Shown: piece after piece, positions 19,130 to 27,840 of the stretch
How the letters are laid out: each line of letters starts with the position of its first letter
Position numbering within the stretch: the stretch's first letter is position 1
NCBI GenBank assembly: GCA_016936175.1
Contig: JAFGPN010000004.1
Location: 5,726 to 69,725, forward strand
Origin: Patescibacteria group bacterium
GTDB lineage: Bacteria > Patescibacteriota > Kazan-3B-28 > UBA10110
Direction of reading: 5' to 3'
DNA length: 64,000 nucleotides
Program-made: the position numbers and the translations under genes
Notes under the pieces: generated by a model
Database searches by the model: none
What the model was told of the DNA's origin: nothing
What the model saw: only the letters and a program-made list of their open reading frames with translations

Positions 19130-19876
19130 TTAATCCTCGCTTAAGATTACCTCTTTAACTATAATCGGTTTGGTTGGCTTGTCTTCTCTGGTCTTAACAT
19201 TACCGATCTTATCGACGATGTCCATCCCTTCGACCACTCGACCAAACGGGGTATGTAGGCCGTCCAACCAATCGGTCGCCTCTTTGGTAATGATAAAGAA
19301 CTGGCTTCCATTAGTGCCCTGGCCCTCTTGTTGACCAGCGTTAGCCATCGCCACAATCCCCCGTACCAGTTTAGGAGTATTTTTATTTATTTCATCATTA
19401 AAAGTGTAGCCCGGGCCACCAGAACCATCGTCAGCCGGATCATCGTTACGCGAGAGCGGATCGCCTGTTTGAATCATAAAATCTTTGATTACCCGATGAA
19501 ATGTCACGTCGTTGTAAAATTGATTTTTTACCAACAACACAAAGTTCGCCACGGTTTTGGGAGCGGTATCGGTTAGCAGTTCAAATTTAATATCACCCTC
19601 ACTGGTAACCAAGGTGGCAAATTTGGATTGAGCTAAGTCCTTTTTACTAATTTGGCCAAACGGTCCGCTGACATTGCGAATCGAAGCGCTCAAAACAATT
19701 GCCTTAGGAACCGCCACCACCAATATAAACACCAAAGCCACGGTTATCACTGGCCAGAGCAACTTTTTCCAAGGGAAAGCTACCGCGTACAACCGCCGCC
19801 GTTCCCGCCATTCCTTAAGGGCGGCCTTTTTCGCGGCTATTTTTTGTTCCTTGCGTAATCGTTGTCGCTTTGACAT
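19130..19876 (-). CDS. cyclophilin-type peptidyl-prolyl isomerase with N-terminal membrane anchor
   Basis: 248 aa with FHRVIKDFMIQTGDP and GSQFFIT motifs. Confidence 0.88.
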   Translation of the reverse strand: MSKRQRLRKEQKIAAKKAALKEWRERRRLYAVAFPWKKLLWPVITVALVFILVVAVPKAIVLSASIRNVSGPFGQISKKDLAQSKFATLVTSEGDIKFELLTDTAPKTVANFVLLVKNQFYNDVTFHRVIKDFMIQTGDPLSRNDDPADDGSGGPGYTFNDEINKNTPKLVRGIVAMANAGQQEGQGTNGSQFFIITKEATDWLDGLHTPFGRVVEGMDIVDKIGNVKTREDKPTKPIIVKEVILSED

Positions 19877-19971
19877 ATGCTCTCCTATGCAGTCATTTTA
19901 TCACGTTGACAGACGCCAAATTAGACCAACCAAAGAAAGGCCTCCCTCCTTAAAATTGGCCTCGACCTTAT

Positions 19972-20193
19972 CTAAAAACCAGGCAACAAGGGCCGCGCCA
20001 CTAAGTTAGTGCCCCACAGCACCACATACGGTCCAATCCACTGGATTATCATAATCGAAATTAGGATTACCGCCAGCTGGCGCCAAAAAGAATTAGTAAA
20101 ATCACGCTGACGTACCGCTTCATCCCTAAAACTGTCGACAAATTTATCGCCGAATACCGTTTTAGCAAACTGTTCTGTTGCAGAAATCTTCAT
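19972..20193 (-). CDS. small hypothetical membrane protein
   Basis: 73 aa with one TM helix. It lies immediately downstream of 20197-21501. Confidence 0.4.
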   Translation of the reverse strand: MKISATEQFAKTVFGDKFVDSFRDEAVRQRDFTNSFWRQLAVILISIMIIQWIGPYVVLWGTNLVARPLLPGF

Positions 20194-20196
20194 AGT

Positions 20197-21501
20197 TTAG
20201 AGCGTAGGATTAACCATGGTTTTAAACAATCTCTCCCAGAACCCAATCGGTTTAGGATCCGAGACCGGCGCCGGGGGTGCACTATCAACCGTCGTCCCAA
20301 TTATACCCGCCGCAGTCATATACTGCAAAGTTGATTCAAAGGGGGTTCTGGCCGCTATATCGGGTAACGGCTCAAAGCCATTAATCGTCGAGATATCCTT
20401 AATCTCCAAGATCTCTCGGGTGCTAGCTAACCGCTTAGCCTCTACGGCTGCATACTCGTCTATTAGGTTCTGCTCGTTCCTGGCTTCAGCTGAAGTTCTG
20501 GGGGCAAGATAGATATTATCCAATGAGCCACTCCCCGAACCAGTCTGCCCATTGCCATCAATCTTAGTGGAATCAGTCGATGCGGAGGTATCGGGATTGA
20601 CTACGGTCGGCACAGCTGTACTGCCAGTAACTACTAAGCTAATACTCTTGTTAACGGTGTAAACACTGGCATCTCGACCTTTGGCCGTTACCACAAAATC
20701 ATATTGAGTAAGTGGAGTAGTAGCAGATGTGGTTAAAATTAAATCTGCCACCAGTGGCGGGATAGCCGAAGCCGGCGCAAACTTGGCCGTTACATTGCCC
20801 ACCAACCCAGAGAGCGATAGGTCGACCTCGCTGGCATAACCGTTTAAAGGATTCACCGACACCCGATAGATCGCCGTGCCTCCCACCCGCACCGTGTGTA
20901 AAATCGGCTGAACCGTTACATCAAAGGTGGGGCTAACCACTGGGGTTGGGCTTGGTGCAACTACTAATGAGTTTACCCCCCAAGGGTTAGTGCCAGCCCT
21001 CTGAAATAATAAGTCTAACTGGCCGGCATTAACCACAACATCAAAGGTTAAGGTGTTCCATTGATTAACCTGAGTAATGGTGCTAAAACTCTTGGCATTA
21101 ACCGTCACCTTAGTAGAAAAAGCGCTGTTTAAACTCCCACTGACCAAGCTTAAGCGATAGTTACCGTTATCTAAACCAGTGATACGGAAGCTGGCCGGAT
21201 CCACCCCATTGTTTCCATCGCGATTTAATTTGTTACTAACCGCGGCACCACTACTAAATACCATCGCTTCATCTACCCACCCGTACTCTAAGCCGGAAGC
21301 AGATATCGGATACATCGAAGCTCCGCCATCTACCGCCAAATAATTGGATTCTAACGCCGAGCCGTCACCAAAATCAAATTGACAGGAATTACCTCCCGCC
21401 AAACTTAAACCCACTAAGATCAATAACAAGATGCCCAGCGACACGGCTAAGCGCAGCTCGCTTTTAATAAAACTAACAAATGAGTGAAAGAGGTTTGGCA
21501 T
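20197..21501 (-). CDS. secreted/anchored hypothetical protein with beta-sandwich-like repeats
   Basis: 434 aa with an N-terminal anchor. The composition is Thr/Val/Ser-rich and beta-strand-like. No firm family. Confidence 0.55.
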   Translation of the reverse strand: MPNLFHSFVSFIKSELRLAVSLGILLLILVGLSLAGGNSCQFDFGDGSALESNYLAVDGGASMYPISASGLEYGWVDEAMVFSSGAAVSNKLNRDGNNGVDPASFRITGLDNGNYRLSLVSGSLNSAFSTKVTVNAKSFSTITQVNQWNTLTFDVVVNAGQLDLLFQRAGTNPWGVNSLVVAPSPTPVVSPTFDVTVQPILHTVRVGGTAIYRVSVNPLNGYASEVDLSLSGLVGNVTAKFAPASAIPPLVADLILTTSATTPLTQYDFVVTAKGRDASVYTVNKSISLVVTGSTAVPTVVNPDTSASTDSTKIDGNGQTGSGSGSLDNIYLAPRTSAEARNEQNLIDEYAAVEAKRLASTREILEIKDISTINGFEPLPDIAARTPFESTLQYMTAAGIIGTTVDSAPPAPVSDPKPIGFWERLFKTMVNPTL

Positions 21502-21522
21502 AGATAGGGGCTTACCTCTTAA

Positions 21523-22926
21523 TTATACCGTCTGTGCCTCTTCTGGGGTAAGTTCGGCTGTCGCCTCGATCGTTCGTGCGGTTTCCAACGATCTAAACAC
21601 CATCGTTTCGGGCTGGAAGTAGAGCTCTGTTTGCCCCACCGGACCATTACGATGTTTGGCAATCATTACATCGGCGATGTTGGCTCTATCAGAATCCTTT
21701 TCGTAGTAATCCTCTCGATAGATAAACATCACCACATCCGCATCCTGCTCAATCGACCCAGACTCTCTTAAATCCGAAAGCTGCGGAACTTTTTTGGGCC
21801 GTTGCTCTACCGCCCGTGAGAGTTGGGATACAGCTATCACTGGCACATCCAATTCACGGGCAAGCCCCTTAAGACTTCTGGAAATCTCGGAAATCTCTTG
21901 CACTCGATTATCGGAGTGACTTCGACCCTCCATCAACTGCAGATAATCTATAATAAGCAAATCTAAACCTTTTTCCATCTGTAGTCGACGAGCCTTTGTC
22001 CGCATCTCCATTACATTCATACCCGGAGAATCATCAATGTAAATCGATAGTTCTGATAGCACGCTCATCGCATCATTAATCCGAGAAAAATCTTCTTCTC
22101 GTAGATTACCAGTTCTAAGCCGCCACGAATCGATGCCGGATTGCGCGCTAATCAATCGCTCAGTTACTTGCTGGGCTGACATCTCTAAATGGAACATCCC
22201 CACCGAGAAGCCGGCTAAAGCCGCATTTAGCGCAAAGTTTAACACCAAACTAGTTTTACCGATACTGGGCCGAGCCGCCACCACTACCAAATCCGATTTC
22301 TGAAAACCGGCCAAGAGATTATCTAGCGCCCGATACCCAGTAGGAATACCCCTCAACTCCCCTCGGTGCTCGTGTAGCTTATCAATCCGCTCAAAAGCCG
22401 AGCTTAAAGTGTCCTTAACCGATACAAACCCGCTTTTAAGATACCGTTGTGAAACTGCGAATAAAGTCTGTTCGGCTTTATCTAACACATCGTCCACTTC
22501 GCTACCCTGGTCTCGACTTAATACCGAGATACTGTTAGCGGCGGCGATTAGTCTTCTGAGGGTGGCCTTGCTGGAAATAATTTCGGCATAACGCGTTACA
22601 TTGGCGCTACTAGGCAAACTACTAGCCAGTTCAGCCAGATAGCTGGCGCCCCCAATCCCTTCTAGCTGTTGTCGATCTTTCAAAACGTCCGTTAAAGTAA
22701 CCACATCAATCGGCCGCCTTTTCTCGTAAAGCGCCAACATCGCTTCGAAAATCAGCCGGTGTCGGTCCTCATAAAAATCATCGGGACGCAAAATATCCGC
22801 CACTTTAATCATGGCATCCTTATCCAACAACAACGATCCTAACAACGATTTCTCCGCCTCTAAGTTCTGAGGCGGGATAATTGTGCTGGTCGCGCTAACT
22901 GATTGAGTTCTAGTAGCCATAATCAA
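21523..22926 (-). CDS. dnaB: replicative DNA helicase
   Basis: 467 aa with PPQNLEAEKSLLGSLL at the N-terminus and Walker A ARPSIGKTS in a RecA-like C-terminal domain. Confidence 0.93.
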   Translation of the reverse strand: MIMATRTQSVSATSTIIPPQNLEAEKSLLGSLLLDKDAMIKVADILRPDDFYEDRHRLIFEAMLALYEKRRPIDVVTLTDVLKDRQQLEGIGGASYLAELASSLPSSANVTRYAEIISSKATLRRLIAAANSISVLSRDQGSEVDDVLDKAEQTLFAVSQRYLKSGFVSVKDTLSSAFERIDKLHEHRGELRGIPTGYRALDNLLAGFQKSDLVVVAARPSIGKTSLVLNFALNAALAGFSVGMFHLEMSAQQVTERLISAQSGIDSWRLRTGNLREEDFSRINDAMSVLSELSIYIDDSPGMNVMEMRTKARRLQMEKGLDLLIIDYLQLMEGRSHSDNRVQEISEISRSLKGLARELDVPVIAVSQLSRAVEQRPKKVPQLSDLRESGSIEQDADVVMFIYREDYYEKDSDRANIADVMIAKHRNGPVGQTELYFQPETMVFRSLETARTIEATAELTPEEAQTV

Positions 22927-22934
22927 AAAGGGCC

Positions 22935-24458
22935 TTACATTATATCAAACACGTTCCCGACTGCGGCTACCGCTCCCGATTCTCGGACTACTCGATACTC
23001 TACCGCCATATCGGACACACCCAGTTCAGCCAAACCAGCCAAGACCACCTGATGGTTAGTGGATTTGCTCATCACTTGCTTAAGAAAATCACTGGGTAGT
23101 TCAACCACTAATTTTCCGTTGTCAATTACTGCGGAACTACTTTTTAGTAGCGCGCCGGTAGCCGGATTAGTTACCTCTAGTCGGTCACACAACTGTGGCC
23201 AGAATTCGGCAATGTTTTTTGTGCTTGATTTTGGCGGATTGGCCGTTACAATAGTTGACTTAGCGGTAATCGAAGCCGGACGAGACGGTGCTGACTTAGC
23301 GGTTACTTCAGCCGGGGTCGTTGCACATTTAAGTACTGCCATCTCCAAAGCCAGCTGTGGCAAGTGTGATAGTTTGTAGGTGTTGACCGACTCCACCAAT
23401 CGCTGTAGCCAATTAACCAGCTGGTTAACACTTACTGTGCTAACCTGTTCTGTCATAACCTTTTTATCGTCGGCCGAGCGATCGATTAAACTAATGTTTC
23501 CCAATTTAACCATCAGTAGCTCCCTTAGATGATTCATCCATTGTTTGGCTAATTGATTTAAATCGTAGCCCTTAAAATAGACATCACTAATTAAATCGAT
23601 ACCAACAACTACTTGCCCGTCAATCACTGCCTGAGTTAGGTGCTGAATCACACTGCTATCTACTACACCTAACAGTTTAGCCAACTCGCCCCGATCAATC
23701 TTGCTTTCACCAAAACCTGCCGCCTGGTCCAGCATACTAAGAGCATCCCGCAAGCTTCCTTCCGCATTTTCGGTAATCAGTTCGATCCCCGCCTGGGTAA
23801 TCTCAATCCCCTCCTGTTGGGTCACTTTTTTTAACTGCTCGGTTACTTCGACCCGAGACAGATAGTGAAAATCAAAATACTGGCACCGAGAGATTACCGT
23901 CGGCAACAGTTTGTGTACTTCAGTGGTAGCCAACACAAAGATTACATGAGCCGGTGGTTCTTCTAAGGTTTTGAGCAGGGCGTTAAATGCGTTTTTAGAG
24001 AGCATGTGGACCTCGTCGATGATATATACCTTGTATCTGCCCAGCGAAGGCACCAGGTTAACCTTTTCGATTAGATCGCGAACATCATCAACCGATGTAT
24101 GTGAAGCGGCATCAATCTCAATTAGATCGACAAAATTGCCTCGGTCAAATGCGATACAGTTAGCGCATTTACCACATGGTTCACCCGGCACACTCTTTTT
24201 AATATTATCGCCGCCCTCCGTAGCTCCACTATGCAGTGGAGCGAAGGATGGGTTGTTTGCTTCGCAGTTAACAGCTTTGGCCAACAATCGGGCCAACGAT
24301 GTCTTGCCGGTGCCACGAGGACCTGCAAATAAATAAGCGTGAGCAATCCGATCGTTAACTACCGCGTTAATCACTGTCTGCTTAATGTGCAGTTGACCGA
24401 CAAAATCCGCAAATTTTTGCGGACGCCACTTTCTATATAAAGCCCCACCCTTTGGCAT
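22935..24458 (-). CDS. dnaX: DNA polymerase III subunit gamma/tau
   Basis: 507 aa with GPRGTGKTSLARLLAK, a zinc module (CGKCANC) and IIDEVHMLS. Confidence 0.92.
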   Translation of the reverse strand: MPKGGALYRKWRPQKFADFVGQLHIKQTVINAVVNDRIAHAYLFAGPRGTGKTSLARLLAKAVNCEANNPSFAPLHSGATEGGDNIKKSVPGEPCGKCANCIAFDRGNFVDLIEIDAASHTSVDDVRDLIEKVNLVPSLGRYKVYIIDEVHMLSKNAFNALLKTLEEPPAHVIFVLATTEVHKLLPTVISRCQYFDFHYLSRVEVTEQLKKVTQQEGIEITQAGIELITENAEGSLRDALSMLDQAAGFGESKIDRGELAKLLGVVDSSVIQHLTQAVIDGQVVVGIDLISDVYFKGYDLNQLAKQWMNHLRELLMVKLGNISLIDRSADDKKVMTEQVSTVSVNQLVNWLQRLVESVNTYKLSHLPQLALEMAVLKCATTPAEVTAKSAPSRPASITAKSTIVTANPPKSSTKNIAEFWPQLCDRLEVTNPATGALLKSSSAVIDNGKLVVELPSDFLKQVMSKSTNHQVVLAGLAELGVSDMAVEYRVVRESGAVAAVGNVFDIM

Positions 24459-24480
24459 AATTTCTCCTAAGTCGCACCTA

Positions 24481-25482
24481 TCATAATACCACAGACTCCC
24501 CGGCCAACCACCTCAACCGTTGAGTAATTTTTCGCCCGCTCACATGTGCCAGATACCCCAAATATGATGGCATCGCTTTGACTACAGTGCCCAAATTGCC
24601 CACCGTCATCTCCCGCGAAATCCTCCCACATATTCGTTTGACTGTTTTCCTCCTCGGCAGGTTGTAGTGGGGCAGAGCGTTGTATCCTATAAAATCTATA
24701 CCCCAAGAGAGTTTGCGTAAGATGAGCTTGTCGGGGTGGAGCTGCAACTTCAGCTCGGATTTCAGAAAATGAGCTATCTCCACAAAATATCCCATCAACT
24801 CACCGGGACCGTCTGCTAACAATGTAAAATCATCGGCATAACGGAGATAGCGCTTAGCTCGAAGCCGATGCTTAGCAAACTTGTCCAACGGATCGAGATA
24901 AACATTGGCGAATAACTGGGATGTCAGATTCCCCAACGGCATCCCTGTGCCACCCGTCTTGTCATTCCCGCTTAGGCGGGAATCCAGGCAACCGAAGCTA
25001 CCAATGATATTTTCCAATAGCCCCAATAATCGCTCATCAGCAATACGGGTTTGCAACAATTCCATCAGCACCTTGTGGTCTACACTATCGAAAAACTTAC
25101 GAATGTCTAACTCCAACGCCCAACAGGGGCTGGTATAGTTTTTACTCACCTTCCGAGCCATCTCTGCCAGTCGGAAAAATCCTTTGTGCGTTCCCTTGTT
25201 CTTCCGGCAAGAATAGCTGTCAAATATAAAGGTTTTATCAAAAGCCGAATGCAGGATACGATAGATGGCATGGTGAAGCAGTCGGTCATGGACAGACGCC
25301 TTACTGATCAGTCGGGGCTTGGGGTCGGAGATGCGGAACTGTTGGTAACCACCATGGCGATACGTACCATCTACCAGCTCTTCGTGCAGGGCAAATATGT
25401 TATCTTCAAGATGGAGTTCAAACGCTTGGACATCCGACTTACTCCGTTTCCCTTTCAGAAACTCCGTCCAGGCTAAGAACAA
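24481..25482 (-). CDS. DGR-type reverse transcriptase
   Basis: 333 aa with YADDF (motif 5) and LGNLTSQ, which fits the [ILV]GxxxSQ signature that separates DGR RTs from group II intron and retron RTs. It uses a TTG start. The RT-like sequence EIISLENL continues in frame upstream to a stop at about 25541, with no canonical start in between. Confidence 0.85.
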   Translation of the reverse strand: MFLAWTEFLKGKRSKSDVQAFELHLEDNIFALHEELVDGTYRHGGYQQFRISDPKPRLISKASVHDRLLHHAIYRILHSAFDKTFIFDSYSCRKNKGTHKGFFRLAEMARKVSKNYTSPCWALELDIRKFFDSVDHKVLMELLQTRIADERLLGLLENIIGSFGCLDSRLSGNDKTGGTGMPLGNLTSQLFANVYLDPLDKFAKHRLRAKRYLRYADDFTLLADGPGELMGYFVEIAHFLKSELKLQLHPDKLILRKLSWGIDFIGYNALPHYNLPRRKTVKRICGRISREMTVGNLGTVVKAMPSYLGYLAHVSGRKITQRLRWLAGESVVL

Positions 25483-25518
25483 ATTCTCTAACGAAATAAT
25501 CTCTGCAAAGACACCATC

Positions 25519-25897
25519 ATGGAAAATAACTTTCCCATTAAGCCCCCCCTACGGATTTGGAGAAATCCCGATTGTATTGAGATTGTATGAGTTCTACCGG
25601 CTTTTGCATGATGCCATTCAAAAATTTCCCAAGTCAGAGAAATATTCTCTCGGTCAGACGCTTCAGAATACGACTCTCGCCCTGCTACGATCGATTATAA
25701 TTGCTACCCGATCAGACAAAATGACTCGAAGAGATTATTTGGTTGCCGGTAATGCCGACCTAGATGTTTTAAAACTGCTTATCCGCCTAGCGGTCAACAC
25801 TCAATCGCTGGATCAGAAAAAATATCTTCTACTGGAAACCCAGCTCCAAGAAATTGGTCGGATGCTAGGCGGATGGCTCCGCAGTTTAGAAAATTAG
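25519..25897 (+). CDS. Avd-like four-helix-bundle accessory protein, frame interrupted at a C7 tract
   Basis: ...EIPIVLRLYEFYRLLHDAIQKFPKSEKYSLGQTLQNTTLALLRSI...LETQLQEIGRMLGGWLRSLEN matches the 23S-IVS/Avd family pattern. ATG 25519 is one frame off, and loss of one C in 25543-25549 would fuse the two frames. The alternative in-frame TTG at 25577 would clip helix 1. Confidence 0.6.
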
Positions 25898-25899
25898 CT

Positions 25900-26029
25900 A
25901 CTCCGAGGAAGGCCACCACCGTACCATAGTTGTCGTTCGGATTGTCAGCATTCCTGTTGTCGAACTTCAGCTGATCGTCGTTGAAATAGAAGTACACAGA
26001 GTTCGTCCAGTTGCCATCGGCGTTCCAGT
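25900..26029 (-). repeat. DGR template repeat (TR)
   Basis: 130 nt, collinear with the VR at a constant +448 offset. Read on the minus strand it encodes the Asn-rich WNADGNWTNSVYFYFNDDQLKFDNRNADNPNDNYGTVVAFLGV. Confidence 0.85.
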
Positions 26030-26260
26030 GTTGCCTCTTCACTATCCAGGTCACTGCGAGCTAAAGGTGATAGCTTCGCTGTATTTTATGTGGGGAGTTA
26101 CCCTCAATCTTATGAGAGGCAAGGAGTGTCTAATTCTCAAGTCGGCCCTCTCGGGTGGAATAAATTCTACCAGACTCCGGCCGGGTGCTTGTGACACAAT
26201 TTCGGCGGACTAAATCCGTAAACTTAGCCACACTGCCTACTTTCACATCTATTTTACAAT

Positions 26261-26291
26261 AAAAAATGCGGCGGGTAGAAACACCCGCCGC
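26261..26291 (-). terminator. intrinsic terminator after the DGR target gene
   Basis: The hairpin gcggcgggt-agaaac-acccgccgc is followed by a U6 run on the minus strand. Confidence 0.75.
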
Positions 26292-26343
26292 CTTGAAAGC
26301 GAACGCAAAGTTCGAAAATTGCAAAGGACCAATCCCCAAGTTG

Positions 26344-27246
26344 CTACACTCCGAGGAAGGCCACCACCGTACCACAGTCGTCGTCCGGATAGCCAGCACG
26401 CCTGTCGTCGAACACCAGCTGACCGTCGTCGAAAGCGAAGTACACAGAGTCCGTCCAGTCGCCATCGGCGCTCCAGTCCCACTCATCTCCCGAGCAATCA
26501 ACGAAGAGTTGCCCATAAGCGGTAAGCCGGTCCGGCATGGTCAGTAGCAGGCAAGCCACTTGAGCGGTGATCAGCGGAAGCTGATTATTGTTCAGCGCTT
26601 CGAAGCGAGCATTGCGGGGACTGAAGCCAGCGTAGAGATCGCCGAAATTGAAGGACAGCACTAGCACATCACCGGGGGTCTCGGCCTCCAGCTTCTTTAG
26701 CTGCTCCCGGACATCTTCCATAATGCGGATGTGCTGCTCGTCCATCTGACCCGCTCGGTAGTTATAGAAAGAGCGGCTCGCGGCAATCAGTTCGAACAGT
26801 TTCTCACACATCGCGCCATAGCCCTTGCCATAAGGATCAGTGATATTCCAGAGCTCAGCCAAATAGGCAAGCTTAGGAATTACCGCCAATCCGTCAGCCA
26901 ACTTCTGTGCCTTGACCTTGGCTACTAACGCATCAACCTGCGACAGATCGATCCGCTTAAATAGCTTGATCAAGCGAGCCTTTTGCTCCTCGATAGTGGC
27001 CGATTTCCACCCCTTAGGGTAGAACCAGGCCCGCTTGACCCGTTCATCAATGTACGGGTTGGTCGGAATCAGTGCCTCGAACAGGGCGACGAACTTCTGC
27101 TTGAAGTCACTTACCCAGTTCGTGTCACTGATCATCCTCTGGACCATAGCAAAACCAAATCGGTTCAGTACGGTCTTCAAGGCATCAATTACAAACGAGC
27201 CGATCTGCCGGGCTTGCCCAACAGTCATCAAAGTTGACCTCGACAT
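26344..27246 (-). CDS. DGR target (variable) protein
   Basis: 300 aa from ATG 27246, with RBS aaggag 7 nt upstream. The C-terminal 43 aa are VR-encoded. I see no signal peptide or TM helix, and the N-terminal ~250 aa are unrecognised. Confidence 0.8.
   Translation of the reverse strand: MSRSTLMTVGQARQIGSFVIDALKTVLNRFGFAMVQRMISDTNWVSDFKQKFVALFEALIPTNPYIDERVKRAWFYPKGWKSATIEEQKARLIKLFKRIDLSQVDALVAKVKAQKLADGLAVIPKLAYLAELWNITDPYGKGYGAMCEKLFELIAASRSFYNYRAGQMDEQHIRIMEDVREQLKKLEAETPGDVLVLSFNFGDLYAGFSPRNARFEALNNNQLPLITAQVACLLLTMPDRLTAYGQLFVDCSGDEWDWSADGDWTDSVYFAFDDGQLVFDDRRAGYPDDDCGTVVAFLGV
26348..26477 (-). repeat. DGR variable repeat (VR), 3' end of the target gene
   Basis: 17 mismatches to the TR. 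16 of them fall where the TR has A on the coding strand. The 3'-most 27 nt are identical and GC-rich. Confidence 0.85.
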
Positions 27247-27488
27247 CTGAAGTCTCCTTTTTAACCAACCTCTGCGAGGCATTCCGGTTTACCGGAACTT
27301 ACGGGTTAGACCGCCTCCTCAGCGTTGGGTTAGCACAGCCGCTAACGCTACCAATGTAGCACAAAACTCGCTCCCAGCCAAGATTTTCCCGCTCCCAAAC
27401 CTGATTTTATTCTACCCTCTTCTCTATCCCGCCCTCCAGATTAGAGCGCTTTTACGCCATTGGAGCCCGAGTGTCCCTGTCTTTCTTA

Positions 27489-27684
27489 CCCCATTGAGCA
27501 AATTGCGTTATCCGGCAGTAAAACTGCCGTTTGGCGCGATCGTTGTCTGAGGCCAGCTACATGGGTAGATGGCCGAGTTCGATCGATATAAGCCAAGTAA
27601 GGCAGTTTTGGTAGCCGGATAGCAATTTGTGATTGGGTCCGCCTTTGGGCGCCACCCGTTTGGCGGGGCAAATGGGTGGCAAAA
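27489..27684 (+). repeat. structured intergenic element, full copy A
   Basis: The 5' arm ccccattgagcaaattgcgttatccggc pairs with the 3' arm gccggatagcaatttgtgattgggt. The conserved core is gagttcga..aagccaagtaaggca. The 3' hairpin is gccacccgtttg-gcgggg-caaatgggtggc, followed by aaaa. Confidence 0.8.
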
Positions 27685-27714
27685 GTAAATTAAGAAAAAA
27701 TTTTATGTTTCTTT

Positions 27715-27840
27715 CTGGGTCCCCGTCTTCACGGGGATGACAGAAAAAATGGATTCCTGCCTTCGCAGGAATGACAAGTTGGGGTTCTAGGTCCCCGGGT
27801 CAAGCCCAAGGACAAGGGAGCAAGGTCCGCCAGCTGGCGG
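27715..27840. repeat. cluster of short palindromic hairpin units
   Basis: The units are ctgggtccccgtcttcacggggatgacag, ggattcctgccttcgcaggaatgacaag, ctaggtccccgggtcaagcccaaggacaaggg and ccgccagctggcgg. Confidence 0.8.

Larger units (their letters stand above)
24481..27246 (-). mobile_element. diversity-generating retroelement (target/VR - TR - avd - RT)
   Basis: The component features are listed individually below. Confidence 0.85.

Noticed and set aside
18772-19158. 128-aa plus-strand ORF; also other antisense ORFs inside long genes (for example 3769-4149, 4402-4836, 15572-16105, 23059-23379, 58508-58987 and 60969-61625)
   Set aside because: They are fully antisense to genes with strong motif support, have low-complexity composition, and show no independent signals.
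25794-26054. 86-aa minus-strand ORF (MTWIVKRQHWNADGNWTNSVYFYF...)
   Set aside because: It is the DGR template repeat read as protein, essentially a copy of the target C-terminus with no RBS. I annotate it as TR, not as a gene.
26130-26547. Four overlapping ORFs (26130-26516, 26249-26482, 26266-26547, 26319-26525)
   Set aside because: All lie over the VR and terminator region of the real target gene in other frames or on the other strand. They are GC-rich, low-complexity Arg/Pro translations with no independent support.
27486-27671. 61-aa minus-strand ORF; likewise 45079-45360 (-), 45083-45367 (+) and 14034-14209 (-)
   Set aside because: They coincide with copies of the structured intergenic element, and the sequence conservation pattern follows helices rather than codons.
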